From NCBI GenBank assembly GCA_036278915.1, contig DASUKB010000002.1:30152-94151 (forward strand): a stretch of 64,000 bases of DNA. Direction: 5' to 3'. Below, in pieces: positions 49,698 through 59,969 of the stretch. Made by a program: the position numbers and the translations under genes. Source of the DNA: Patescibacteria group bacterium. Its GTDB lineage: Bacteria; Patescibacteriota; Doudnabacteria; UBA920; O2-02-FULL-48-8. Position 1 is the first letter of the stretch. Each line of letters starts with the position of its first letter. Below the pieces are notes generated by a model. The model worked only from the letters and a program-made list of their open reading frames with translations. It was not told where the DNA came from and ran no database searches.

Positions 49698-51335
49698 TTA
49701 TTCTTCTGTGACTCGGAAAACCTCTTCGATATCGGTAATTCCCTGCAAGGTTTTCAGAATGCCATCTTGGGCCATGGTCAGCATACCATCGGAAATGGCT
49801 TGGTTTCGAACGTCCGACGTCGTAGCTTCTTTGTGGATGAGCGACTCTATCGCGTCATTGACGGTGAAAATTTCATAAACGCCAATCCGCCCTTTGTAGC
49901 CCAGGCCGTTGCATTCAGGACATCCGGGAGAATGGTAAAACGATAAATCTTTAGGCACTTTTACTTTGGCAGCGGCAGGGATAGCCTTGAGGATCATCTG
50001 CACATGCGCCACGGCGCGGGCGTTCGGCTCGTAGGTAGTTTTGCAGTGCGGGCAGAGCCGCCGGACTAACCGCTGGGCAATAATGGCGTTCACGGCGGGT
50101 GCCAACACAAATGGCTTAACGCCTAGATCAAGCAGGCGCGGGATCGCGGATGGCGCGTCGTTGGTGTGCAAAGTCGAGAGCACGATGTGTCCGGTCAGCG
50201 CGGCCTGGCTTGCAGTTTCCGCGGTTTCCAAATCGCGCATTTCACCGACCATAACGATGTCAGGGTCCTGTCGCAAGATCGAACGCAGCGCGTCGGCAAA
50301 CGTTAAACCAGTAGATGCACCAACCGGCGTCTGGGTAATGCCGTCAATTTTGTATTCCACCGGATCTTCAATCGTAATAATTTTCACACCCGGCTCATTG
50401 AGTTTGTTTAGAATAGCGTACAAAGTCGTGGTCTTGCCCGAACCCGTCGGTCCGGTGGTGAGAATCATGCCGTTCGGCTTTTGCATTTCGGACAAAAGCT
50501 TCTCGCTTGCCGAACCCGTAATCCCCAGGTCTTCAAATTTAAGGCTGCCTTTGTCCTGTCGTAAAATTCTCATCACAATTGACTCGCCATAAGCTGAGGG
50601 CAGAACCGAAACGCGGATATCGACGTGGGTGCCGCCTGAAGTTAAGCTAAACGATCCGTCCTGCGGCGTATTTGTAATATTAAGTTTGAGTTTGGATAAA
50701 ATTTTGATGCGCGAAACTAGCTGATGGTGCTGCTCTTTGGGCAAGATTGCCACATCCTGCAGCACGCCGTCGAGCCGGAAACGAATTTTGAGCCCTTGCT
50801 GTTCCGGTTCGATGTGGATGTCCGAAGCGTTTATGGATAATCCCGCGGAAAGCAAAGCTTCCATCATTTCGGTCACAGATACACCTTGCAGCTTTTCTGA
50901 TAAATCCTTGAGGGACTCAATCTGGACCTTGCCGGTTGCGGCAAGTTTGATTTCGGAGGATTTGCGTTCGACGTGAATGACTTTGGAATATGATTCCATT
51001 GCGCGCTTAAAGCTTGAATCGGAAATGAGATAAACCTCCATAAAGTAACTCTGCTTTTTAAAATCCGAGACAAGAGTGGCGATGGCCGATGAGGGTTCCA
51101 GCATGCCGATTTTGAGGTTGCGTCCTTCCTTGTAGAATACCACAACTCCCAGCTGTTCGGCTTGGATTTTGGGCACCAAAGCCAAAGCCGCCGCATCAAT
51201 TGGAAATCCGTAAAGGTTGATGTACGCGAGTTTGAGATCTTTGGCGCGTCTTTGTGTTTCTTCTTCTTCAAATTTCCGGTCCAGTTCCGAATAGACTTGC
51301 TTAATCCGGACAGACCGATCTATGGGATTGAGCAT
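49698..51335 (-). CDS. pilB: Type IV pilus / type II secretion assembly ATPase (PilB/GspE family)
   Basis: N-terminal GSPII_E_N-like region, Walker [15 protein letters not shown], Asp and His boxes, C-terminal tetracysteine (CPHC...CPEC). Confidence 0.9.
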   Translation of the reverse strand: MLNPIDRSVRIKQVYSELDRKFEEEETQRRAKDLKLAYINLYGFPIDAAALALVPKIQAEQLGVVVFYKEGRNLKIGMLEPSSAIATLVSDFKKQSYFMEVYLISDSSFKRAMESYSKVIHVERKSSEIKLAATGKVQIESLKDLSEKLQGVSVTEMMEALLSAGLSINASDIHIEPEQQGLKIRFRLDGVLQDVAILPKEQHHQLVSRIKILSKLKLNITNTPQDGSFSLTSGGTHVDIRVSVLPSAYGESIVMRILRQDKGSLKFEDLGITGSASEKLLSEMQKPNGMILTTGPTGSGKTTTLYAILNKLNEPGVKIITIEDPVEYKIDGITQTPVGASTGLTFADALRSILRQDPDIVMVGEMRDLETAETASQAALTGHIVLSTLHTNDAPSAIPRLLDLGVKPFVLAPAVNAIIAQRLVRRLCPHCKTTYEPNARAVAHVQMILKAIPAAAKVKVPKDLSFYHSPGCPECNGLGYKGRIGVYEIFTVNDAIESLIHKEATTSDVRNQAISDGMLTMAQDGILKTLQGITDIEEVFRVTEE

Positions 51336-51373
51336 AACTGATATAAGTATACCAGTTTTGCAAAAAAACGCAT

Positions 51374-52516
51374 TTATGCCGCTTGTCTTGCCGCTTCTTC
51401 CTTGATTTTAGCCAATATTTCCGCCTGGACGTCGGACAAACCCTTGGGGATTTTAAATTTAACAACTTGAGTATCCAAAACTTCCGGCGAGTAAGAGGCA
51501 AACACATCGGACGGCTCGAGACTGCCGGTGCTGCCTAGATAAACATTGACGCCCATGCTTGATTCGGCCAAAAACAAGAATACTTTGGCAAATTTCAGCT
51601 GCTGCTTCATCTCAAAAATAATTTCCTCCACATCGGAATCCAAAGCCTGCGAGGAAGCCACGTCAGTGGAAGACAAACTTGAATACACAAGATTTGTTTC
51701 GGGCTCGTGCTGGAGGTTTTCCAAAACTCTGCCCCAAAGCCTAAGCAGCCCCAGAGATTTGGTACGGTAAAGATTGGAAATTATATCTTGCTGCCGCGCG
51801 CCCGCATCCACAAGCCTGGAAGCCTTAAAAAATGCGGCAGGAGAAGCCTTTTGATTTTGAAAACCGTCAGTTGCACTCATAAGTCCGGACAAAAGCAGTG
51901 TTGCTGTGATTTCGTCAACAAAACTTGCGTCTATACCGAACAAAAGATCGAATACAATTTCTGAAACACTGCCAGAAGTTAAATCAACGAGGTTGACTTG
52001 GCCAAAAGACTCATTCTGCGGCCGGAAATCAATATTAATTTTTGGCGTGTTAAAAAATAACGGCGCGTGCGATGCGTAAAGCGGTCCTAAATCCGAAAGT
52101 CTCGCTACACCCAAAGTCACAACCAAATCATAGGGGTAAGCGGAGGGGTCAATGCTTACGTCGGATGGCTCAAACTGTCCGGATTTGGGAGCAACCACAA
52201 TCCGTAACTTATCGCTCATTTTTTCGTAAGATAATTCAGCAACTTCCGTATTTTTAAAACCAATATCCAAAACCAAGCTCCGGACAATTTGAGTCTGAAC
52301 CGCTATGCCTGATTCGGGCAAAAACGACAATTTTTTTGACAGTTCCTTGGGGCTCAATACTGCAGTCTTTTTCCCTTGACGGTTAAGGAAATGCCGGAGT
52401 GCCAAGCCCGCGGCCGCGGAATCAGGGTTACTGCCTGAGCCTAGCACCAGCAGAATATTTCCCGCGGCAGTGAGCAGGCGTTTGGCTTGATTTAATTTTT
52501 CAGCATCTGTTGGCAT
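51374..52516 (-). CDS. DHH/DHHA1-family (NrnA-like) protein with degenerate catalytic motifs, directly upstream of pilB
   Basis: Motif order matches NrnA, but motif I H..H..D.D reads LGSGSNPDS, the DHH motif reads DFR (NIDFRPQNE), and the GGGH region is altered. Motif IV-like SGLMSATDGF is retained. Confidence 0.45.
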   Translation of the reverse strand: MPTDAEKLNQAKRLLTAAGNILLVLGSGSNPDSAAAGLALRHFLNRQGKKTAVLSPKELSKKLSFLPESGIAVQTQIVRSLVLDIGFKNTEVAELSYEKMSDKLRIVVAPKSGQFEPSDVSIDPSAYPYDLVVTLGVARLSDLGPLYASHAPLFFNTPKINIDFRPQNESFGQVNLVDLTSGSVSEIVFDLLFGIDASFVDEITATLLLSGLMSATDGFQNQKASPAAFFKASRLVDAGARQQDIISNLYRTKSLGLLRLWGRVLENLQHEPETNLVYSSLSSTDVASSQALDSDVEEIIFEMKQQLKFAKVFLFLAESSMGVNVYLGSTGSLEPSDVFASYSPEVLDTQVVKFKIPKGLSDVQAEILAKIKEEAARQAA

Positions 52517-52593
52517 AATATTGTGTTAAATCTAGATATCGTAACGGCTTTGCGGTTTCTTGTCAATTTGGGTGTAAATGTTAGAATAAAGCC

Positions 52594-53058
52594 ATGAATC
52601 CCGCCAGAAATAAATCTCAAACGAAGTCCTCTGCTGGTACTAAGTTTAACTTAAATCTGGATGGGGTTAAGCATTTGGCCACAAAGCTTGCGCGGCAATA
52701 TCGGACCCGCGACGCAGCCATTGGACTGGTGGGACCGCTAGGCGCTGGTAAAACGGCGTTCGCCAAAGAATTTGCCAAATTTTTTGGCGTCAAAAAAGTC
52801 AAAAGTCCGACCTTTATGGTTTCCGCTCGGTACGAAATCGGCAAACGCACGCTATTCCACTTCGATCTGTATCGCATAGACAATCCGGGTAAACTTAAAG
52901 CCCTGGATCTGGAAGAAATTCTAGCCAGTAAAAACCGCATCGTGCTCATTGAGTGGGCGGATAAATTTCCAAAGCTCCATCCCAAGCTTAATCTCCTGCT
53001 CAAATTTGAAGTCACTGGTAAAAATCTACGCCATGTCACACTCCACAAAAAACTCTAA
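52594..53058 (+). CDS. tsaE: tRNA threonylcarbamoyladenosine biosynthesis ATPase TsaE (YjeE)
   Basis: P-loop GPLGAGKTAFAK, SPTFMV motif, 154 aa with a 30-aa N-terminal extension. Confidence 0.8.
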   Translation: MNPARNKSQTKSSAGTKFNLNLDGVKHLATKLARQYRTRDAAIGLVGPLGAGKTAFAKEFAKFFGVKKVKSPTFMVSARYEIGKRTLFHFDLYRIDNPGKLKALDLEEILASKNRIVLIEWADKFPKLHPKLNLLLKFEVTGKNLRHVTLHKKL

Positions 53059-54214
53059 CCATACTCTCTATATTCGCGCCGCAGTCCTTGCGTCCGTCTT
53101 GATTTTCGGCGCATTTTTATTTATTCCAAAAAGTTCCTTGGCTAAAACTTTCACTTACCAAACGCAGAGCTTTGACGTTGATTCGGTCTTGACTAAAGAT
53201 AGCCAAAACACAATCGGCCGCCAAGTCGATCTTTTAAGCCTTGCCCGCCACCAGCTCCTACAGCAATCCTACAGTCAAACAGTTGCAGTGCCTGCCGCTC
53301 AAACGCAAACCCAGATTGCAGCAATCGAACAGGCGGTCAATCACCCGATGCAAAACGCCCGGCTTTCCATAAAAGATAACTGGGCCACGACCTTTGTCCC
53401 AAATCAGGACGGCCTAACCCTGGATACTTTTGCGCTGATAAATGAACTGCCCGAAAACAGCGATGGACAATTGCCGCTCGTAACTTCCAAACCCGAAGTA
53501 ACGCTGGCGGATCTGAATAACCTCGGAATTACAGAATTGGTGGCCACGGGCGAATCGGATTTTACGGGATCCACAGCCAACCGCCTGACCAACATCAAAG
53601 TTGGAGCTGCCAAATACAATGGCCTCATAGTGGCACCGGGTGCGGAATTTAGTTTCAACCAGATTTTGGGAGACGTGGACGCGGCCCACGGGTTCAAACC
53701 GGAGTTAGTCATCAAAGCATCCGGAGTGGTGCCGGAATTCGGTGGTGGCTTGTGCCAAGTCTCAACCACAGTCTTCCGCGCGGCCATGAATGCCGGCTTC
53801 CCTGTCACCGAACGGCGCAACCATTCGTTTGCCGTTAAGTTTTACGCGCCCCAGGGCACGGACGCCACCATTTACCCGGGCGTTTCGGATTTTAAATTCG
53901 TCAACAATATGGCTGGCAACATCCTGATCTGGACGCGAATCGAAGGCAATAAACTTTACTTTGATATTTATGGCACCAAGGACGACCGGCAAGTCACGTT
54001 TGAGGGCCCATATACTTATGATCGCAAGTCAAACGGCGCGCTCAAGGCCGTGTGGACGCGAGATGTTATAATTGATGGACAGAAAACCGAACAAGTGTTC
54101 AACAGCAACTATCTGCCTCCATCAGAATTTGAGGGCAGTGAAAAGGAAGTTTCCTCCACTCCTAATCCGCAGGCCACGCCTACTCCGGCCAATAATCCAG
54201 TTCCTGCGACTTAA
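53033..54214 (+). CDS. VanW-family protein with N-terminal membrane anchor
   Basis: GGGLCQVSTTVFRAAMNAG VanW core; probable start MSHSTK at 53033, overlapping the tsaE 3' end. Confidence 0.7.
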   Translation: MSHSTKNSNHTLYIRAAVLASVLIFGAFLFIPKSSLAKTFTYQTQSFDVDSVLTKDSQNTIGRQVDLLSLARHQLLQQSYSQTVAVPAAQTQTQIAAIEQAVNHPMQNARLSIKDNWATTFVPNQDGLTLDTFALINELPENSDGQLPLVTSKPEVTLADLNNLGITELVATGESDFTGSTANRLTNIKVGAAKYNGLIVAPGAEFSFNQILGDVDAAHGFKPELVIKASGVVPEFGGGLCQVSTTVFRAAMNAGFPVTERRNHSFAVKFYAPQGTDATIYPGVSDFKFVNNMAGNILIWTRIEGNKLYFDIYGTKDDRQVTFEGPYTYDRKSNGALKAVWTRDVIIDGQKTEQVFNSNYLPPSEFEGSEKEVSSTPNPQATPTPANNPVPAT

Positions 54215-54232
54215 ATTCCGATCGCAAAAATT

Positions 54233-55264
54233 ATGATCACCACCGATGAAGAAGAAATAAATATTGCAAACCCCCAAGCCGACGCATCCGAGACGCTGTT
54301 TGAGGCCACGCTTCGGCCGCAAACTCTTTCAGATTATATCGGCCAAACTAAAATCAAATCCAATCTTCAGATTTTGATTGACGCTGCCTCCGGCCGACAC
54401 GAATCCTTGGACCACATACTACTGTATGGCCCGCCAGGCCTGGGTAAAACGACACTCGCGCATATTATCGCGCGCGAAGTCGGAGCGGGAATTAAGATTA
54501 CCTCCGGTCCGGCCATTGAAAAGGCCGGCGACTTGGCTGCGCTTCTAACCAACCTCCAAGAAAACGATATTTTGTTTATCGATGAGGTTCACCGGCTCAA
54601 CAAAGTCGTGGAGGAGATCCTTTACCCGGCTATGGAAGATTACGCGCTGGACATTGTGCTGGGCAAGGGCGCGGGCGCCAAGGCCGTGCGCATTGACCTG
54701 CCAAAATTCACGCTCATCGGGGCGACCACGCGCGTCGGACTGCTTTCCGCGCCTCTGCGCGACCGGTTTGGCATGACTTACCGCTTGGAATTTTACGAAC
54801 CAGAAGAAATTGAAAAAATCCTCGACCGCGCAGCCAGAATTCTCAAAATCCAAATCGATGACCCTGGCAAAAAAGAGATTGCCACCCGCTCTCGAGCCAC
54901 TCCTCGGATAGCCAACCGCCTGCTTAAGCGCGTGCGCGACTACGCCCAGGTTAAGGAACGCGGACAAATCACCAAGGACGTAGCAGAAACCGCGCTTAAA
55001 CTCTTGGAGGTGGACCTTTTGGGGCTGGATGCCGGAGACCGCATGATTTTGGAAACCATGATTGATAAATTCAACGGCGGTCCCGTGGGGATTTCAACAC
55101 TGGCCGCGGCCACATCCGAGGACTCGGGGACGATTGAAGACATTTACGAACCTTACCTGCTGCGCCTGGGCTTGATTGCCCGCACACCCAAAGGCCGCGT
55201 AGCCACGCCCGCGGCGTACGATCACCTCAAACGTGATAAACCAAAACCGAACACTCTACTATAA
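54233..55264 (+). CDS. ruvB: Holliday junction branch-migration ATPase RuvB
   Basis: Walker [10 protein letters not shown], Walker [11 protein letters not shown], sensor motifs, winged-helix C-terminus. Confidence 0.95.
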   Translation: MITTDEEEINIANPQADASETLFEATLRPQTLSDYIGQTKIKSNLQILIDAASGRHESLDHILLYGPPGLGKTTLAHIIAREVGAGIKITSGPAIEKAGDLAALLTNLQENDILFIDEVHRLNKVVEEILYPAMEDYALDIVLGKGAGAKAVRIDLPKFTLIGATTRVGLLSAPLRDRFGMTYRLEFYEPEEIEKILDRAARILKIQIDDPGKKEIATRSRATPRIANRLLKRVRDYAQVKERGQITKDVAETALKLLEVDLLGLDAGDRMILETMIDKFNGGPVGISTLAAATSEDSGTIEDIYEPYLLRLGLIARTPKGRVATPAAYDHLKRDKPKPNTLL

Positions 55265-55290
55265 AAACCGCCCATCAGGCGGTTTTTATT
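55264..55290. terminator. Bidirectional terminator aaaa-aaccgcc-catca-ggcggtt-tttt, shared by ruvB and recF (overlaps the last recF codons)
   Basis: Perfect 7-bp stem with A- and T-runs. Confidence 0.55.
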
Positions 55291-56342
55291 TGATTATCAG
55301 ATACATTGAGTACTTTAATATTATCCTTAAAGTCAGGCAGATGGTGTTCTTCCGTGGTGGTAATAAATATTTGGTGGCCATGCAAACTTTCGATCAGCCG
55401 CGTGCGGCGAGTTTCATCCAGTTCCGAAAACACATCGTCCAGAAGAATTACCGTCTCCAGCTTGTGCTGTGCCAAAAATTTGGCTTGCAGCAGTTTGAGC
55501 GTCAAAATTTGGGCGCGCAGCTCACCTCTGGAAGAATTGTAAATATTTTCCACCCCGTCTTTTTGGATTGTAAAATCATCCCGGTGCGGGCCGTAAAGGT
55601 TTTGCCCCGAACGAATCTCAGCCTCATCGTACTTTTTAAGCTTTATCAGAAATTCATCTTCAGTTTCTGCGCCTACTCCCTTATAAATAATATCGAGCCG
55701 GTTTTGGAAATCAGATAAACTTGCGTAAGTTTTATATAAGTCTAGACTTATATATTCTAAAAAGGCCCTTCTTTGTTTATTTATGTTTACAGAAACGCGC
55801 GCCAGCTCATGGTTCCAAATTTCCAAATCGGAAGCTCCGGCCCGGCCCTCCTGAATCCGGAGGAAAAGCGCGCTCTTCTGTTTGAGCACGTGCTCCAAAG
55901 TCACAAGGTCCAGCGCATAATTCAAATCGACCTGCGACAAAATCTGATTTAGGAATTTTCGGCGAAGGGCTGGACCCAAATCAAACAGATTCAAATCCTG
56001 CGGCACAAACAAGACGGTCGCAAATGTCTTCCAGTTTAATTTCCGAATTTTTTGTTCGTCTATTTTCTGCTGGCGCGCAAGTTTAGGCGAAATCTGGACC
56101 ACCACTTCTAAATCCTTTTCGCTAAATTTTGCCGCAATTTTAAAATAATCTTCCTGTGATTTCACAAGAAGATTATCGGGCGCCCGGAACGATTTTAAAC
56201 GAGACAAGTAGTAAATACTCTCCAGAAAATTAGTTTTTCCCGAAGCATTCGGGCCTAAAACTAAAACCAAATCCGCGGCAGTATCGGCTGAAACGTTCTG
56301 ATAATTCCGGAAATTTGTAAGGGAAACTTCTTTGATCATCAA
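55275..56342 (-). CDS. recF: DNA replication and repair protein RecF
   Basis: Walker A GPNASGKTN, SMC-like signature, Walker B LLDDVFSELD. Confidence 0.92.
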   Translation of the reverse strand: MMIKEVSLTNFRNYQNVSADTAADLVLVLGPNASGKTNFLESIYYLSRLKSFRAPDNLLVKSQEDYFKIAAKFSEKDLEVVVQISPKLARQQKIDEQKIRKLNWKTFATVLFVPQDLNLFDLGPALRRKFLNQILSQVDLNYALDLVTLEHVLKQKSALFLRIQEGRAGASDLEIWNHELARVSVNINKQRRAFLEYISLDLYKTYASLSDFQNRLDIIYKGVGAETEDEFLIKLKKYDEAEIRSGQNLYGPHRDDFTIQKDGVENIYNSSRGELRAQILTLKLLQAKFLAQHKLETVILLDDVFSELDETRRTRLIESLHGHQIFITTTEEHHLPDFKDNIKVLNVSDNQIKTA

Positions 56343-57433
56343 ATCTTAATTGGCATCACAATATAAAGGTAGTTATCGCGTTTTTCCGGAACAATAGCCG
56401 CGGGAGATGTATCAGAAATCATTTTCAATGAAATATTGGCTTCCGTGAGGTTGTTGAGACAGTCCAAAAGGTAGCGGAAATTAAATACGGCGCCGTTCTC
56501 GGGTCCTGCGACTTGCGATTTTATCTGGGTTTGATTTTCTCCGGCCGCGGCAGAGGAAGCGCTCGCGCGAATCGATCCCGGTAGAATATCCATCTGGATA
56601 TTATTTGTATCCGGCGCAAATAACGCCGTGGCCTTAATGGCATGCAAGAGTTCCTGTTTGGACACCTGGGCTTGAGTTTTAAATTCCTTTGGAATAATCG
56701 CGCGGTAGTCCGGGTAGGTGCCATCAATGAGCCGAGATATGATTTCCGTTTCTTCAAATTTGAACAAGATTTGTGATTCAGAAAAATAAATTCCAACTTC
56801 GGACCGCACTGGGGATAAAATTTTATATAGTTCCGTAATCGTTCTAGACGGAACAATCACCTCTTTGGTTTCGGCCACAGCTTCTGAAAGTGCACAAATG
56901 CGTTCCGCCAGCCGATAGCGGTCCGTGGCAGCCAAACGGAGCTTATCGCCTTCAAATGACATATAAATTCCCGAGATTTCCGGTTGAGTTTCATTTACAG
57001 CGGCCGCCCAGATGGTTTCCGAAAGCGCATTTTTTAATTCATCGCTGTCAATTTTGGCAAACGGTTCATCCGCAACCTGGGGAATAAGAGGGAAGTCATC
57101 CGCTGGCAGGCCTTTAATATTCGTGTGGTAGTTTTCCGACTCAATATTAAGCGTGGTGTCCTTGGATTCAAGCACAATTTTATCTGTCGGCAGATTATTA
57201 ATGTATTCATTAACCAATCGGGCCGGCACGGTTAACGACCCCTCTTCATCAATTTTACCGCCAATCCAGGTATTAACCCCGATTTCTAAGTTCGTGGAGG
57301 AAAGCTTTATTCGGCCTTGGTCGGTTTTGATCAAAATATTGTTTAACACTTGAAGTGGATTTCCTACACCCACTACTCTGCTGACAGTTGAAAGACCTTT
57401 TTTCAAATTATCTTTGGTGCATATTAACTTCAT
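56339..57433 (-). CDS. dnaN: DNA polymerase III beta sliding clamp
   Basis: Three-domain clamp, 364 aa, dnaA-dnaN-recF synteny. Confidence 0.92.
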   Translation of the reverse strand: MKLICTKDNLKKGLSTVSRVVGVGNPLQVLNNILIKTDQGRIKLSSTNLEIGVNTWIGGKIDEEGSLTVPARLVNEYINNLPTDKIVLESKDTTLNIESENYHTNIKGLPADDFPLIPQVADEPFAKIDSDELKNALSETIWAAAVNETQPEISGIYMSFEGDKLRLAATDRYRLAERICALSEAVAETKEVIVPSRTITELYKILSPVRSEVGIYFSESQILFKFEETEIISRLIDGTYPDYRAIIPKEFKTQAQVSKQELLHAIKATALFAPDTNNIQMDILPGSIRASASSAAAGENQTQIKSQVAGPENGAVFNFRYLLDCLNNLTEANISLKMISDTSPAAIVPEKRDNYLYIVMPIKI

Positions 57434-57650
57434 ATATTTTTAAAAACAATAATGATAATAGAAACAGTGGGTTTGTTTATAACCTCCTAAAAACCTTTGT
57501 TTGAACGGCGACCGTTTGGACTTTTTGACTAACTATCTGTTTGGATCTTGTGGGGAAGGCTAGGATAAAAATAAGTTTTCAAAAATTTCCATCTCACTCT
57601 CAACAGTTATTCTCCTTATGCCCCACACCCAACCCACAACTTAAACACAG

Positions 57651-59000
57651 TCATGTGAGGTATAACCGATCCTTAATAAGCTCAATTTCTTGTTTGAGAT
57701 TATTTTTTTCTTTGATGTTGCGTTCGATTTTATCAATGGCGTGGATGACTGTCGTGTGGTCGCGGCCGCCAAAAAATTCACCAATGGAAGGCAGGGAGGT
57801 TTCCAGCTCGCGGCGGATAATGTACATGGCAATCTGCCTCGGGTTAACATATTCCTTTTTGCGCGACTGTTTAAGCAGGTCTTCTATGGAAACGTTGTAA
57901 AAATCCGCCACCACTTCAATGATTTTTTTGGCGGAAACCCCGCGTCGCTTCGGCGGCGTGATGACATTGACCAAAATGCTCTTAACTTGCTCAATGCTGG
58001 GTCTGGTATTGTTGAGTTGGCAATAAACCATGAGCCGGTTGAGCGCGCCCTCAAGCTCGCGGATATTGCTTTGGATAGTTTCAGCGATATAATTCAAAAT
58101 CTCGGGTTCAATGCTGTAATTTTTTTCACGAGCCTTGGTCCGCAAAATAGCAATTCTGGTTTCCAAATCCGGAGGTTGGATATCTGCAATCATCCCCCAC
58201 TCAAAACGCGAAACCAGCCGGTCTTCAATGGCCGGGATTTCCTTGGGCAGGCGGTCCGAGGTCATGACAACCTGCTTATTGTTTTGGTGCAAAGCATTAA
58301 AAGTATGAAAAAATTCTTCTTGCGTTCCCTCACGTCCCGCCAAAAACTGGATATCATCTACCAGCAGGACATCCACGGTGCGGTATTGGTTTTTGAATTG
58401 GTCGGTGCGTCCGGTTTGGAGCGCGGTCACAAACTCATTCGTGAATTTTTCGCTGGTGACATACAAAACTTTGGCATTCGGATCTTTTTTTAGAGCTTCG
58501 GCACCCACGGCTTGCATAAGATGAGTTTTACCTAAGCCTACGCCTCCATAAATAAACAGCGGATTATAAGCCTGGCCTGGTTTTTTGCTCACGGCAAGGC
58601 TTGCAGCATGGGCCAGCTGGTTGTGGGAACCAACAATGAACGTGTTGAAGGTGTATTTAGGATTTAACGTTTGATTTTCAGAAGGTTTCGGATGGCTCCG
58701 CGCGACCTCCTTGGCTGCGGGCGCGGTTGGGTTAAACGTGGGGCTTACTATTTGATATTTGATTTCTTTTATCTCGGGGGCGATCTGTTTTAGGGCTTTG
58801 GCAATTTCGGTATGGTACTTGTTTTGAAGCCATTCGCGGGAAAATGCGCTTGGCACTCCAACGACAATCCCAGTGTCACTTTTTTCTATAATAGAAGTAT
58901 TTTTAAACCATGTTGTAAAATTTGCTTTGCTTAGGCTCAGTTCTAGATTCCCTAAGATTGTCTGCCATAATTGTTGGTTGGTCATGTCGTCGCGAGTCAA
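57651..59000 (-). CDS. dnaA: Chromosomal replication initiator DnaA (start possibly MTNQQ at 58985)
   Basis: AAA+ Walker A GGVGLGKTHL, box VII, C-terminal HTH (domain IV). Confidence 0.95.
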   Translation of the reverse strand: MTRDDMTNQQLWQTILGNLELSLSKANFTTWFKNTSIIEKSDTGIVVGVPSAFSREWLQNKYHTEIAKALKQIAPEIKEIKYQIVSPTFNPTAPAAKEVARSHPKPSENQTLNPKYTFNTFIVGSHNQLAHAASLAVSKKPGQAYNPLFIYGGVGLGKTHLMQAVGAEALKKDPNAKVLYVTSEKFTNEFVTALQTGRTDQFKNQYRTVDVLLVDDIQFLAGREGTQEEFFHTFNALHQNNKQVVMTSDRLPKEIPAIEDRLVSRFEWGMIADIQPPDLETRIAILRTKAREKNYSIEPEILNYIAETIQSNIRELEGALNRLMVYCQLNNTRPSIEQVKSILVNVITPPKRRGVSAKKIIEVVADFYNVSIEDLLKQSRKKEYVNPRQIAMYIIRRELETSLPSIGEFFGGRDHTTVIHAIDKIERNIKEKNNLKQEIELIKDRLYLT

Positions 59001-59220
59001 TAAAATTTCTTCTTATCTATTCTAACAGATAAGTTATCAACATGTAAATCAATAAAAACTGGCTAACCTTAGCCAATTTTTGTAATTCATGTGTATAAGC
59101 TGTGGATTGCTGGTGCAAAGTATGTTCGCGCTTTTTTCCCAGGTGACAAAAAAGCAAAATTCAAGTATAATGTGGCAGTACATTAATTGCCGTGCAAGGT
59201 GAATCGTGGATTAAAAAATT
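59001..59220. promoter_or_regulatory. dnaA upstream region with clustered DnaA-box-like 9-mers (TTATCAACA 59052..59060; TGTGTATAA 59092..59100; TGTGGATTG 59101..59109; CGTGGATTA 59206..59214); candidate oriC or dnaA autoregulatory region
   Basis: Matches to TTATCCACA with 1-2 mismatches, in the classical rpmH / dnaA divergent intergenic region. Confidence 0.4.
59143..59171 (+). promoter_or_regulatory. Promoter for rpmH-rnpA-yidD-yidC-jag: GTGACA-17 nt-TATAAT
   Basis: gtgaca at 59143..59148; tataat at 59166..59171. Confidence 0.45.
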
Positions 59221-59252
59221 AATTTACGGTCCAAGCTTTACGGTTTTCGACT

Positions 59253-59387
59253 ATGAAGCCAACATATAATCCTAAAAAGCTTCGCCGCAAGCGGGTTCAT
59301 GGATTTCTCAAACGCATGCGCACCAGCAATGGACGACAAGTTCTGGCCCGCCGACGAGCCAAAGGCCGGGCGAAACTTACAGTCTAA
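59253..59387 (+). CDS. rpmH: 50S ribosomal protein L34 (44 aa), missed by the ORF track
   Basis: [44 protein letters not shown], a textbook L34. Confidence 0.9.
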   Translation: MKPTYNPKKLRRKRVHGFLKRMRTSNGRQVLARRRAKGRAKLTV

Positions 59388-59391
59388 ATTT

Positions 59392-59724
59392 GTGAAACCG
59401 GAATTCTTAAGGCAAGAAGCTGATTTCGCGCATCACAGGTTCCGACGCTCTGTTTCCTCCCCGAGCATGCGTATTCGAATGGCGGTTCCGAGCCAAAACA
59501 TCACCCGTTTTGGTTTTATTGTCCCAAAAAAAGTTTTTGCCAATGCAACTGATCGCAATCTTATCCGGCGGCGGCTTAAATCGTGCGCTTCGAAAAATAT
59601 TGAGCACGTCAAGCCTTCCGATATCCTACTTCTGCCGCAGAAAGGAAGCCTTAGACTAACTTTTCGCGAGCTGGAAACGGAATTTATTGCAAACCTCAAA
59701 CGATTAAATCTATGGCGACCCTAA
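59392..59724 (+). CDS. rnpA: Ribonuclease P protein component (GTG start 4 nt after the rpmH stop)
   Basis: RnpA-like RFRRS...GFIVPKK...NRIRRRLK basic motifs. The ORF-track ATG at 59299 would overlap rpmH by 89 nt in another frame and is unlikely. Confidence 0.75.
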   Translation: MKPEFLRQEADFAHHRFRRSVSSPSMRIRMAVPSQNITRFGFIVPKKVFANATDRNLIRRRLKSCASKNIEHVKPSDILLLPQKGSLRLTFRELETEFIANLKRLNLWRP

Positions 59725-59969
59725 ATAAAATCAATATTTTTCTAGCCCAGCCGCTTATTTGGCTTGTGACTGGATATCAGAAAACCATATCTCCGGACCA
59801 CGGGCTACTTAAATCCTTGCATCCGCAAGGGTACTGCCATTTTTATCCGAGCTGTTCGGAATATGCCAGGCTCTCTTTGCGGAAATCCGGACTTACGGCT
59901 TTGCCGGCGATAGTTATAAGAATTATTAAATGCGGCCCCTGGACGGCGCCGGCTGTTGACCTTCCATGA
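59712..59969 (+). CDS. yidD: Membrane protein insertion efficiency factor YidD
   Basis: CHFYPSCSEYA motif, 85 aa. Confidence 0.88.
   Translation: MATLNKINIFLAQPLIWLVTGYQKTISPDHGLLKSLHPQGYCHFYPSCSEYARLSLRKSGLTALPAIVIRIIKCGPWTAPAVDLP

Noticed and set aside
57690-58493. 267-aa + strand ORF antisense to dnaA
   Set aside because: Shadow ORF; Phe/Asn-rich low-complexity translation.
59299-59391. ORF-track ATG start for rnpA at 59299
   Set aside because: It would overlap rpmH by 89 nt in another frame. A GTG at 59392, 4 nt after the rpmH stop, gives a normal-length RnpA.
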